Virus record (IMG/VR): IMGVR_UViG_3300009415_000002
Span: 195-64,194 of that record
DNA: 64,000 nucleotides
Reading direction: 5' to 3' (one strand)
Origin: a virus
Made by a program: the position numbers and the translations under genes. Every line of letters starts with the position of its first letter. Within the stretch, counting starts at the first letter, position 1. This document shows, piece by piece, positions 1-8,310 of this stretch. The notes below the pieces were generated by a model. That model made no database searches and was not told the origin of the DNA. It saw only the letters and a program-made list of their open reading frames with translations.

Positions 1-182
1 TCTTTTAAAAGGTTTACTTTTATTCCTGCATGATAAAAAGGATAATACAACACTTTCTTGTTATTATTTATATCGGGTCTAAGAGCAAATAATCTGGTTT
101 TTATATTTCGACTTTGGCCTTGCCTATAATAATCTTTCTCTACATATAGTGAAGACTGAAATTCTTCTAGCCATAAATACAT
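1..182 (-). CDS. Small hypothetical protein, member 4 of LY.PF.Y tandem family (runs off window edge)
   Basis: Hand translation: MYLWLEEFQSS...NNKKVLYYPFYHAGIKVNLLK; ATG at 182 overlaps the end of the upstream paralog; not in ORF track. Confidence 0.6.
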   Translation of the reverse strand, partial: MYLWLEEFQSSLYVEKDYYRQGQSRNIKTRLFALRPDINNNKKVLYYPFYHAGIKVNLLK

Positions 183-346
183 TGTATAGGTCGTCCATCT
201 TTATAGTAAAAAGGTAAGTATAAGTTTTTTTTTCTATGACTAAATAAATATATATGATAAAGATCTCTATCGTTTCTTTTATAAGCTGATATATTACAAC
301 CTAGTATATTTAAACACGCATAAGTTGATATTAATTTTATATTCAT
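167..346 (-). CDS. Small hypothetical protein (59 aa), LY.PF.Y tandem family
   Basis: Hand translation: MNIKLISTYACLNILG...FSHRKKNLYLPFYYKDGRPIQCIYG; ATG overlaps upstream TGA (ATGA coupling). Confidence 0.7.
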   Translation of the reverse strand: MNIKLISTYACLNILGCNISAYKRNDRDLYHIYLFSHRKKNLYLPFYYKDGRPIQCIYG

Positions 347-522
347 AAATACGTAGCCTTTATTTCTAAACCATCATTATATTTAAAAGGTAAATATAAA
401 TTCTTTTTGAATTCAGAAAATATATGTACTTCATATATTTTTAAATCTTTTATGTAAAAAGAATTTACTTCTTTGCCAAATATATTTAGTAAAGCAAAAT
501 CTACTTTTGGGTGAGGGCTCAT
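343..522 (-). CDS. Small hypothetical protein (59 aa), LY.PF.Y tandem family
   Basis: Hand translation: MSPHPKVDFALLNIFG...FSEFKKNLYLPFKYNDGLEIKATYL. Confidence 0.7.
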   Translation of the reverse strand: MSPHPKVDFALLNIFGKEVNSFYIKDLKIYEVHIFSEFKKNLYLPFKYNDGLEIKATYL

Positions 523-523
523 A

Positions 524-688
524 TTAATATATTGCGCTAACTATTATTCTCTTTCTATCTCTATATCTAAAAGGCATGTATAAAACATGTTTATGTCTTT
601 TATACATTCCTATTTCATATTCATTACCTGTTGCTGAAAGATAACCACAAGGTCTTTCATCTATTGTTTCTATAGTTAATATTTTCAC
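524..688 (-). CDS. Small hypothetical protein (54 aa, GTG start), LY.PF.Y tandem family
   Basis: Hand translation ends KRHKHVLYMPFRYRDRKRIIVSAIY; stop 1 nt before next ATG. Confidence 0.6.
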   Translation of the reverse strand: MKILTIETIDERPCGYLSATGNEYEIGMYKRHKHVLYMPFRYRDRKRIIVSAIY

Positions 689-845
689 TCTAAAACTTAG
701 TTATGTTTATTTTTGTAGGAACGTTGCTGTCTTTATTATATTTAAAAATATAAAGGGAAAGATGCTGTCAAACAATAGTTTACATTTAGTAAAAATAAGA
801 AAATATAGACACTGCAGATGTCTATATTTAAAATTTTATACAGTT

Positions 846-1877
846 TTAACCTAGGAATACACCACTTAATAAAAGGGCGGGGACTGCAGCAGCTCTTAAA
901 GCTTGCTTATCTTTAACTATTATATTTGCTATTAATCCACCAATGCTCATCACTAGAACAATTGGTAGTGATAGATTAATTACACCTATAGTTAAACTTA
1001 GAATACTAATTAAAAGAGATATACCTCTTTTTTCTTTTTTATTCTTTTTGTGATTATTTACTGCCTTTAATATGTCTTTGCTAAAAAACATATAGTTATA
1101 TATTAATGCGAATATTATAACTATGAAAGCAATAGCAATACGATTGGGATCTAATATTATTGAAGCATCTCCATTAATAATAGTACCAAGTGCGTCTTTA
1201 CCAGAACCCATAAGGATTGTTTGGTTAAGAATAATTGGTGCTACTAATAGATTACTTCCTGCACCATACAAAAAAGCACTTTTAAGATTTAATCTTTCTA
1301 GTACTCCATTATTTGATGTCTTAGTTTTATTTTTAATGAACATTGATGGAATTGATATTACACTAAGGAAATATGTGAATACACCACCGCTTGTTGGTTG
1401 TTTTACTGCTATTACTGCTAGTACACTTATTATTAATACTGCAATGGTATTTCTAATTACTCCTTTTTCACTCTTTGAATTGAAAAGATATGATATTGTA
1501 TTTAATAATATTACAATAATAGAAGTTGGCATTAGAAAGGTATGCAAACCTGTTAGTTGGCTTAATAAACCTATACAAAATCCACTACCGATTAATAGTA
1601 GTATGAATTGTTTGTATTTGTCACTAACTTTGTTAATAACTTTTACATACTCTTGATCTGTTGAAGCTTTTATTTTATTTGCTTCTTCATTTACTGCTGT
1701 TTTTGTATAGTTTTTTAAGAAAGCACTAACGCCTAGACCTAAGATGGCTACTGCGTATACTGCTGTTAAATGTGGATTTATGATTGAAGAAATCATTCCC
1801 ACTGCTATGATATGCTCAAATGAAATTGGTAGGATTAGACCTGCTGCTAATCCTATTAATAGTGCTACTATAACCAT
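846..1877 (-). CDS. Multi-pass integral membrane protein, possible transporter/permease
   Basis: 343 aa with about 9-10 hydrophobic segments separated by Lys/Asn-rich loops; family not recognised. Confidence 0.6.
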   Translation of the reverse strand: MVIVALLIGLAAGLILPISFEHIIAVGMISSIINPHLTAVYAVAILGLGVSAFLKNYTKTAVNEEANKIKASTDQEYVKVINKVSDKYKQFILLLIGSGFCIGLLSQLTGLHTFLMPTSIIVILLNTISYLFNSKSEKGVIRNTIAVLIISVLAVIAVKQPTSGGVFTYFLSVISIPSMFIKNKTKTSNNGVLERLNLKSAFLYGAGSNLLVAPIILNQTILMGSGKDALGTIINGDASIILDPNRIAIAFIVIIFALIYNYMFFSKDILKAVNNHKKNKKEKRGISLLISILSLTIGVINLSLPIVLVMSIGGLIANIIVKDKQALRAAAVPALLLSGVFLG

Positions 1878-1901
1878 AATAAATAATAGTAGCTTTGCTA
1901 C

Positions 1902-2540
1902 TTACCAGATTTTGTTAATAATAATATGTCTTATTGTTGTAATACTTACATTGTATTTTTCTGCAAGCATTTTTTGTGTAATAACATATGGCACATATTC
2001 TGATTTTATCTGATCTGCTAGTGCTTGTGTTAATTTGTTATTGCGCTTATTAGCGTGTTGTTTTTTATGTGATAACCATTTACAGTTAGACGGTTCATAA
2101 TTACCATTAACATTTATACGCTCTAATTCTGCTTCTTGATTAGGTTTACTACCTAAATCATTTATAAATTCTGTATACGAGTTTAACCATTTATTGCATA
2201 CAGTAATACCTCGCCCACCATAATTTTTATATGATGTATGTGTTGGGTTGTAGCATCTTTGTTTCATGCTTACCCATGTTCTATATTCTGGTATATCTTC
2301 AGCTTTTACATCACCATATTTTTTACGATAGGGACATTGTCTAGAACATACTACACTACTTTCTTTATTATTTGGATTAAGTTTATCTCCTATTTTATTA
2401 ACTATATTTCCACATTTGCATTTACACTGCCACTGTGATTTTTTAGTTTTACCAGAAGGACTTATATATGATTCTAACTGAGACACTACGGTTAGATAAC
2501 CAATAGTATCTCCTACGTTTACTTTTGTTTTATTAGTCAT
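1902..2540 (-). CDS. Free-standing HNH-family homing endonuclease
   Basis: WQCKCKCG N-terminal module, EYRTWVSMKQRCYNP, YGGRGITVCNKW, LERINVNGNYEPSNCKW, C-terminal HTH. Confidence 0.85.
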   Translation of the reverse strand: MTNKTKVNVGDTIGYLTVVSQLESYISPSGKTKKSQWQCKCKCGNIVNKIGDKLNPNNKESSVVCSRQCPYRKKYGDVKAEDIPEYRTWVSMKQRCYNPTHTSYKNYGGRGITVCNKWLNSYTEFINDLGSKPNQEAELERINVNGNYEPSNCKWLSHKKQHANKRNNKLTQALADQIKSEYVPYVITQKMLAEKYNVSITTIRHIIINKIW

Positions 2541-2582
2541 TTATGATGTTATTTAAGCTTTACAACTAATATAAGATAACGT

Positions 2583-2903
2583 TTATAGAAAATGCCAGTT
2601 TAAATTTAGTCTTGCTTTGACAATCTTATTTTTAAGACGGTCTACTGTATTCATCTTTTCTGCAATTTGACTTACTAGAGGTGAATTGGGATTATGGGTA
2701 CGTTGATGTTCCCAAAGTTTATGCAATGTGCCATCAATAGTTGTTAATTCTTTCTCAATTTTTACTAGAATAACTACTAATCTTGCAATTTTTACTGATT
2801 TATCTTCTTGAGTATTATTACTAGCTTGTATTTGACGAGAGTTTTGAATAGCACTCTGGATCTCTTTTGCTAATTCATCGCCGTTGTTGAATGGAGTTGT
2901 CAT
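2583..2903 (-). CDS. Hypothetical helical protein
   Basis: 106-aa ORF co-oriented with neighbours. Confidence 0.6.
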   Translation of the reverse strand: MTTPFNNGDELAKEIQSAIQNSRQIQASNNTQEDKSVKIARLVVILVKIEKELTTIDGTLHKLWEHQRTHNPNSPLVSQIAEKMNTVDRLKNKIVKARLNLNWHFL

Positions 2904-2934
2904 GTTTATTTTTACTGTGTTTATACAAATAATA

Positions 2935-2966
2935 TAAGAGTACCTAAATTGGTACTCTTATTTTTT
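2935..2966 (-). terminator. Intrinsic terminator-like hairpin after 2987..3532
   Basis: Perfect 10-bp stem TAAGAGTACC/GGTACTCTTA, 6-nt loop, T-rich flanks on both strands. Confidence 0.6.
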
Positions 2967-2986
2967 AACCTAGACTAATTTATTGT

Positions 2987-3532
2987 TTAGAATTCAGTTT
3001 TTACAAATTCACGTGCCATAGCAATACTACGTTTAAATACGTTAGCGCTTTCACGAGCAATACTTGTTTGAGCACTTGGCTTTTTGGCAGCATTAGCTTT
3101 TAGTTTAGCAATGTTATCTAACACTGTTGCAGAGTTATCTACAACTTGAGTGTCAGCATCAACGTGAACTGATTTAACATTAACTATAAGAATGTTAGTT
3201 TCACGAGGGCGCACTGATTTACATTCAAACAGAACATCAACAGCAGGATTTAAATCTCCTTTAGCTGCACGTTGTTCAAAGATTTCAGCACATTTAGATA
3301 CTAAGGCATCGCCCATTGCATCATTGAATAATAACATTGTTGTTGGGCAATCGATACTAACTAGTTCTTGTGATAAGTCTTGTCCATCACGAGTGACGAA
3401 TCCTTCTAGTTCTACAAGATTACCTGTGATGTTATAAGAGCGGAAAGAACCGTCATCATTGTGGCTAATAGTTCCAGTGATGTTAGATTTAGCTTGAGCT
3501 TTAGTTAATTTTAGAGTTCCTGTGATTGACAT
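2987..3532 (-). CDS. Hypothetical protein (beta-rich N-terminus, helical C-terminus)
   Basis: 181-aa ORF, higher GC and biased codons like the RNAP region. Confidence 0.7.
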   Translation of the reverse strand: MSITGTLKLTKAQAKSNITGTISHNDDGSFRSYNITGNLVELEGFVTRDGQDLSQELVSIDCPTTMLLFNDAMGDALVSKCAEIFEQRAAKGDLNPAVDVLFECKSVRPRETNILIVNVKSVHVDADTQVVDNSATVLDNIAKLKANAAKKPSAQTSIARESANVFKRSIAMAREFVKTEF

Positions 3533-4188
3533 AGTTTTATTTCTTTTAGATTGTTATATATTTTATTGGCAAACGCAATGCTTGCGACAAGACTTGTGCT
3601 AATAGATAATTCTGAAGCTATTTCTTTATATGTTAAAGAGTTGGCTTCTAATTTTTCTATTGCTAGTCTTAATAGCTCATTGTCTATTTGATTATTCATA
3701 GAGTTTCTGGTATTTCTACCTTGCTCTATTGTTGTTGCCCACTTGCAATTTTCTTTGCAGTAGTTTTTATTATTATTTATACGTTCTAAGGTTAGGTTGT
3801 TTGAATCTCCCATATCATTATAGAAGTTTATAAACAATTCCCAAGATGGGTGATATGTTATAGCTCTACCACCGTAATTTTTATATTGATTATAGTTTTT
3901 ATTGTTGCATCTATCTTTCATTGCATTCCAACATTGGTATGTATGTGATTTATACATTCCATGCGTTTTGGATGATGCTGCTATTTCTTTTTGCAGACAT
4001 CCGCACGACTTTGATTCATTATTAGTTAGGCTAGTTTCTCTAACACTTTTAGTTTTGCCACATTCACATTGGCAATCTACATAGTATTTTAGTCTTTGAT
4101 TTTTACCTTTAGGAATAGCAATAGGGTCTGATATTACAGTCCATCTATTGTATTTATCACCGATTGATGTTAATTTAGTTTTCTTCAT
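3511..4188 (-). CDS. Free-standing HNH-family homing endonuclease
   Basis: CQCECG...SKSCGC, YQCWNAMKDRC, YGGRAIT, LERINNNKNYCKENCKWAT, C-terminal HTH; 3' end overlaps start of next gene by 22 nt. Confidence 0.85.
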   Translation of the reverse strand: MKKTKLTSIGDKYNRWTVISDPIAIPKGKNQRLKYYVDCQCECGKTKSVRETSLTNNESKSCGCLQKEIAASSKTHGMYKSHTYQCWNAMKDRCNNKNYNQYKNYGGRAITYHPSWELFINFYNDMGDSNNLTLERINNNKNYCKENCKWATTIEQGRNTRNSMNNQIDNELLRLAIEKLEANSLTYKEIASELSISTSLVASIAFANKIYNNLKEIKLCQSQEL

Positions 4189-4198
4189 AGTTATAGTA

Positions 4199-4246
4199 TA
4201 TTGTCCAATAACTACATTGTATCATAATTATAGTTATTGGACAATA
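4199..4246 (-). promoter_or_regulatory. 16-bp perfect inverted repeat containing a sigma70-type promoter for the HNH gene
   Basis: TATTGTCCAATAACTA / TAGTTATTGGACAATA; minus strand reads TTGTCC-17 nt-TACAAT with TG at the extended -10 position. Confidence 0.6.
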
Positions 4247-4415
4247 AGATGCCTGACTCAGAGTTTTAAGACATACAGAACGTTATATTGGTCTATTGAT
4301 TAAGATTGATTATTTTTAATATTTGATACCAGAACTTTATTTAGATATTCATAATACTCATTTAGAAGAGCTGAATATGTTGGCTCACTAAGAACTGCTT
4401 TGCTGTCTATACTGT

Positions 4416-4673
4416 TTAGTGTTGAGCTGTTGCTCCTATCTGATAGCGATTTACTAGGCGTTGATTGTTGCATTCCCATATTATATTGTGAAGACTACTT
4501 TGAGCTATTAATTGGAGTTCCATGAACTGTGAAGGACTTACAATTTTAAACCTTGGCGGATCTTTTTGGAAACTGTAGAATGTTTGATTTTGATGGCAGG
4601 CATACATTAGATACATTGGACGACCAAGTTCTTTGTGGATACCTTTTATTCTGTATAGATTTCTCATAATCAA
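4416..4673 (-). CDS. Hypothetical protein
   Basis: 85-aa ORF in dense minus-strand run. Confidence 0.5.
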   Translation of the reverse strand: MIMRNLYRIKGIHKELGRPMYLMYACHQNQTFYSFQKDPPRFKIVSPSQFMELQLIAQSSLHNIIWECNNQRLVNRYQIGATAQH

Positions 4674-4770
4674 ATCTGCTTTCTTTACTTGTGGCTACTG
4701 TTCCGTTGTTAACTGTTGTTGTGATAGCAGTATTATTTCTGTCATCAAATACTGTGAAAGTTCTAGTCAT
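4546..4770 (-). CDS. Hypothetical protein (likely start MTRTF at 4770, not 4833); overlaps 4416..4673 so one may be truncated
   Basis: A terminator at 4787-4822 lies inside the longer ORF call. Confidence 0.4.
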   Translation of the reverse strand: MTRTFTVFDDRNNTAITTTVNNGTVATSKESRFDYEKSIQNKRYPQRTWSSNVSNVCLPSKSNILQFPKRSAKV

Positions 4771-4786
4771 TGTTTTATTTAATATT

Positions 4787-4822
4787 AAAAAAAGAGGGTA
4801 GGTCACAACTCTACCCTTTGTA
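4787..4822 (-). terminator. Intrinsic terminator
   Basis: AGGGTAG/CTACCCT stem followed on the minus strand by a run of T. Confidence 0.6.
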
Positions 4823-4935
4823 TACACTAACAAAGGAATATATCTTTACGACATATTCAAACACACTCTCTTTATACTTTTGGATGAGTTTATAGACAAT
4901 CCCGCCCAGAGAGAGGGCTTTGGTTGGTCTTATTA

Positions 4936-5301
4936 TTATCTATAGATTGAATGGGTACTAAAGTTATTCCAGTCATCTCTAGAACCATGAAAGTTATCTA
5001 AATGGTTTACATGTGTTTTATACATATTTTCAATACGCATTGCTTCTACAGTTTTGCGATATACATACTCGTTATACAAGCAATTGGCGTAATTACTATA
5101 TGCAATCCCGTTATACTTTTGAAATTCTTGGACTAAAGGATATTTTTCTGCTACTTGTGCTTTGCCTGCTACAATACGTAGCACATTAACAAGATAGTCA
5201 TCTTCCATATCTATAATACGTGTGGCAATACCGCTACTGCTTAACCATGCTACATTTGCATAGGCTACACGTTTTGATTCTAGGCTACTTAGTGCTGACA
5301 T
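4936..5301 (-). CDS. Hypothetical protein
   Basis: 121-aa ORF, translationally coupled to upstream ORF. Confidence 0.6.
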   Translation of the reverse strand: MSALSSLESKRVAYANVAWLSSSGIATRIIDMEDDYLVNVLRIVAGKAQVAEKYPLVQEFQKYNGIAYSNYANCLYNEYVYRKTVEAMRIENMYKTHVNHLDNFHGSRDDWNNFSTHSIYR

Positions 5302-5507
5302 ATGAATGTTTCCTTAGCGTTAATTAGGTTACTTGTTGATGAATTACGCACATATTGATAATGTGCATTATATTTATTTTCTACTTCTATAGCTTTATCT
5401 ATATAAGTATTGGCTGTGTCCCAATCTCCATTTTCTATCCAGTATCTTGAGATACTAGTGAGATAGTCTATTTCATTTTTAAGATTGTTTAAATTGTTTG
5501 TTGTCAT
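5289..5507 (-). CDS. Hypothetical protein
   Basis: 72-aa ORF. Confidence 0.55.
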   Translation of the reverse strand: MTTNNLNNLKNEIDYLTSISRYWIENGDWDTANTYIDKAIEVENKYNAHYQYVRNSSTSNLINAKETFICQH

Positions 5508-5528
5508 ATTGTTTGTTGAATAGTTTTA

Positions 5529-6161
5529 CTACATTTTTACCCAAGCTTTATTATTTTTTATGTTATTTATTGTTTTACGATCAACATTATATTCTAGCGC
5601 TAAATCTGATTCAGATTTATAGGATATTTCTTTTTTTATTTGGATTGCTTTTTCTAACGTTAATTTTGTGGATCTTCTATTTCTTGCTTGCGTTTTGCTT
5701 ACTGCCCATATACAATTAGACGGTTTATAATTACCATTATTATCAATTCTTTCAATAGAGTGTTTACTACTAGGAGCTTTTCCCATATCTTTATAGAATT
5801 TATTGAAAGAGTTAAGCCATTTAGGACACACTGTAATACCTCTTTCTCCATAGTATTTATAACTATCTCTTGACTTTTCATAGCATCTTCTTTTAATATC
5901 AATCCAACATTGATATTCTTTTGAAGAGCTTAGCCCATGCTTTTTATTATTATTACTTCTGTTTTTACTTGTAAGGCATCCGCAATGGGTTTTATTTTTA
6001 GTTTTTCTTGTTAGTTCTGAGCTTACAACACTTATTATGTTTCCACAGCTACATTTACATATATGCTTGCTTCTTTCCTTTCCATTTTTATTTACATGGT
6101 TTTCTGGATCTATTTTTATTACTGTTAATTCTCTAAACTTTTGGTTTATTAGATTTTTCAT
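5529..6161 (-). CDS. Free-standing HNH-family homing endonuclease
   Basis: CKCSCG...THCGC, EYQCWIDIKRRC, YGERGITVCPKWLNSF, SIERIDNNGNYKPSNCIWA, C-terminal HTH. Confidence 0.85.
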   Translation of the reverse strand: MKNLINQKFRELTVIKIDPENHVNKNGKERSKHICKCSCGNIISVVSSELTRKTKNKTHCGCLTSKNRSNNNKKHGLSSSKEYQCWIDIKRRCYEKSRDSYKYYGERGITVCPKWLNSFNKFYKDMGKAPSSKHSIERIDNNGNYKPSNCIWAVSKTQARNRRSTKLTLEKAIQIKKEISYKSESDLALEYNVDRKTINNIKNNKAWVKM

Positions 6162-6429
6162 TTAGTTTTTCTAGTGCTATTTCATGCATTTGGTCGCAGT
6201 ATCTTTCAAATGTGGAAAGGTATTCTGCTGCTACTATTATAACACTCCAATGATTAAATCCACAATCTTCTTGTTTAACAATTACACCATCTTTGTTAAT
6301 AATTGTTGCTTTTGCATTTAATCCATCTGATACAACAATTGCTGCATTTTTTGTCTCTGGATTATAGAATGTGTCTATATTTTTGCTGTTTATATTTATC
6401 ATTATTTTTATTTGAATTATACGGTACAA
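6133..6429 (-). CDS. Hypothetical protein
   Basis: 98-aa ORF overlapping HNH start. Confidence 0.55.
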   Translation of the reverse strand: MYRIIQIKIMININSKNIDTFYNPETKNAAIVVSDGLNAKATIINKDGVIVKQEDCGFNHWSVIIVAAEYLSTFERYCDQMHEIALEKLNEKSNKPKV

Positions 6430-6546
6430 TTGAGTACTTTTAACTTAGTATAACTGTTTAATTGCATCTTTTTTACTTTAAAAGTTATACAATCTGACAC
6501 AGTAATACTATGCAATACTAATAGTATATCTGTACTAGTTTAAATG

Positions 6547-6590
6547 TGGTGGTCGTCCTAGGATTTGCACCTAGATTGCACGTAGGCGCC
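6547..6590 (-). ncRNA. tRNA-like 3' half (T-arm + acceptor strand + encoded CCA) without recognisable 5' half
   Basis: CTAGG-TGCAAAT-CCTAG-GACGACC-A-CCA; no complementary GGTCGTC, D-arm or anticodon arm found upstream. Confidence 0.5.
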
Positions 6591-6671
6591 GAGTTATTTA
6601 TTATTTATAACGCTGTTCTTTAAAACTCTTACAGCTTATTTATCTTTTGAGTCTGTTTTATATCAAGACTA

Positions 6672-6745
6672 TAGTGCGTACGGGGTACGATCCCGCAATC
6701 TCTCGGGTGAAAGCCGAGTGTGTTATCCAGTTCCACTAACGCACC
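6672..6745 (-). tRNA. trnE: tRNA-Glu (anticodon TTC), CCA not encoded
   Basis: Cloverleaf by hand: GGTGCGT/ACGCACT acceptor, CTCGG-CTTTCAC-CCGAG anticodon arm, GCGGG-ATCGTAC-CCCGT T arm. Confidence 0.9.
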
Positions 6746-6750
6746 AAGTT

Positions 6751-6945
6751 TTATTTGTTTATATATAAAACAGCACTAATTCTATAATTGCTATCTATAT
6801 AATCAATCAATTCATATTTATTATTGAAAAATTCGTTATTTATTTTAAGTGCTACTTCTGAGGCAGCATAATTACTTAAACACGCATGCTTCTGTGCGTT
6901 ATTAACTATTTTATAATAATTTTCTTTATTACTTATTTCATACAT
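6751..6945 (-). CDS. Hypothetical protein between tRNAs
   Basis: 64-aa ORF. Confidence 0.5.
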   Translation of the reverse strand: MYEISNKENYYKIVNNAQKHACLSNYAASEVALKINNEFFNNKYELIDYIDSNYRISAVLYINK

Positions 6946-6968
6946 TGGTTTATTTAGGTTTATATATT

Positions 6969-7000
6969 AAAAAGACTATAACGTATACACGCTATAGTCT
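6969..7000 (-). terminator. Terminator downstream of tRNA-Pro
   Basis: AGACTATAGCGT-GTAT-ACGTTATAGTCT followed by TTTT on the minus strand. Confidence 0.7.
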
Positions 7001-7005
7001 ATAAG

Positions 7006-7078
7006 TCTGAGTGCTCGGGGTCGAACCAAGAACCTCCAGCTTCCAAAGCCGGCCGTCTACCATTGACAATACACCCAG
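7006..7078 (-). tRNA. trnP: tRNA-Pro (anticodon TGG), CCA not encoded
   Basis: C1-G72 and A73 Pro identity; CCGGC-TTTGGAA-GCTGG anticodon arm; CTTGG-TTCGACC-CCGAG T arm. Confidence 0.85.
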
Positions 7079-7102
7079 TTATTACTGCTTACAATACATA
7101 AC

Positions 7103-7131
7103 ATTATATTACAATGTAAACAGTGTGTCAA
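7103..7131 (-). promoter_or_regulatory. Perfect sigma70 consensus promoter for tRNA-Pro
   Basis: TTGACA-17 nt-TATAAT, 25 nt upstream of the tRNA. Confidence 0.85.
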
Positions 7132-7133
7132 TA

Positions 7134-7226
7134 TTATTGTTTTTGCTCTAGATGGCTATCTACTAATTCAAAGATGATAGTTAGGAAGAATGCCCATACG
7201 ATTGCGAACATAATTAGACTTGTCAT
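7134..7226 (-). CDS. 30-aa single-transmembrane peptide
   Basis: Hand translation MTSLIMFAIVWAFFLTIIFELVDSHLEQKQ. Confidence 0.45.
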   Translation of the reverse strand: MTSLIMFAIVWAFFLTIIFELVDSHLEQKQ

Positions 7227-7227
7227 G

Positions 7228-7407
7228 TTATTTAATTGTTAAGGTTATTTTGTTTAGATATAGACTATGATTGTTTTCTATATAGTCTAATGCTTCCTCA
7301 AATGAATAGCCTACTGTTTCTATTACATTAATAGTTTCCAGTGCTTTTTCTAAAGGAAGCGCTTCTTTTATACTTTCAGATAATTGTGCTAGCAATTCTT
7401 TATACAT
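7228..7407 (-). CDS. Hypothetical acidic protein (59 aa)
   Basis: Hand translation MYKELLAQLSESIKEALP...; ATG overlaps upstream stop. Confidence 0.55.
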   Translation of the reverse strand: MYKELLAQLSESIKEALPLEKALETINVIETVGYSFEEALDYIENNHSLYLNKITLTIK

Positions 7408-7679
7408 TATTCATCATCTGGTGCATTTTTAGGTTTAAGTTGAGCTACGTGTGCTGCTAAATTATTTCCTAGGTTTACTGATGTCTCCATGATTGTTGCC
7501 CACTTATAATTTGTGGATTCACCAACTCTCTGGATTTTTATATGATAGGCATCTGCTAACGTGATTAATGCTCTTGTACTACGGTTATAGTCATAGGACA
7601 CAACCATATTACCTTCTTCAATTTTTAGTCCTGCACAAAACTTTTGCAGAAAGATGAAATTAAGCTCTGTATTTAACAT
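7407..7679 (-). CDS. Hypothetical protein
   Basis: 90-aa ORF. Confidence 0.6.
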   Translation of the reverse strand: MLNTELNFIFLQKFCAGLKIEEGNMVVSYDYNRSTRALITLADAYHIKIQRVGESTNYKWATIMETSVNLGNNLAAHVAQLKPKNAPDDE

Positions 7680-8253
7680 ATATATACCTTGCTGTGTTTT
7701 TACTTAGGTTTAATTCTTTCTCTATTTCTTTGTATATGTAGCCTGCATTACGTAGTTTAATAACTTCTTCTATTAAATCTTTTGGAATATTATTTCTACG
7801 ATTATTGGCTTGTTCATCCCAGGTAGCCCATTTACAGTTAGATGGCTCATAATTGCCATTAACGTTTATACGGTCTATTGTATGGTCTTTAGTAGGTCTT
7901 TTTCCCATATTATTAAGGAATGTCTCTACGTTATTTAACCACTCTGGGCAAACACTAATACCTCTTTCTCCATAATTTTTATATGCTGGATTATTAGGAT
8001 TAGTACATCTATCTATCATATTAATCCATGCATTGTATTCTGATGTATGGCTTAGTTTATGAGTTCCTTGATTACAGCCACAGGATAGGCTTGTACCGCT
8101 TTTTAATGAGCAGCTTTGTATAACTTTTTCAGTTCCACATTTACATTTGCATAACCATGCAGTGTGCTTTCTTGAGGGGCTAATAATAGGCTCTGATTCA
8201 CTTATTACTAGCCAGTCTCCAAACTTTTGATTTAATAGATTTTGCTTTCTCAT
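7660..8253 (-). CDS. Free-standing HNH-family homing endonuclease
   Basis: WLCKCKCG...SLSCGC, EYNAWINMIDRC, YGERGISVCPEW, TIDRINVNGNYEPSNCKWAT, C-terminal HTH. Confidence 0.85.
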   Translation of the reverse strand: MRKQNLLNQKFGDWLVISESEPIISPSRKHTAWLCKCKCGTEKVIQSCSLKSGTSLSCGCNQGTHKLSHTSEYNAWINMIDRCTNPNNPAYKNYGERGISVCPEWLNNVETFLNNMGKRPTKDHTIDRINVNGNYEPSNCKWATWDEQANNRRNNIPKDLIEEVIKLRNAGYIYKEIEKELNLSKNTARYIYVKYRA

Positions 8254-8310
8254 ATGTTTTTAATTGATTCTTATACAATAATAACACATAAGTAAAGAAT
8301 TAGTCATCTA

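Noticed and set aside
1123-2438. Plus-strand ORFs 1123..1656, 1744..2013, 2238..2438
   Set aside because: Antisense shadows of better-supported minus-strand genes
4250-4415. Group I intron upstream of the HNH gene
   Set aside because: No P7 pair found; region is covered by a plausible 57-aa ORF (MQQSTP...NNQS)
6547-6590. tmRNA 3' end or cobalamin riboswitch T-loop
   Set aside because: No G3-U70 pair, no matching 5' end in either gene order, no GGGAA/B12-box elements
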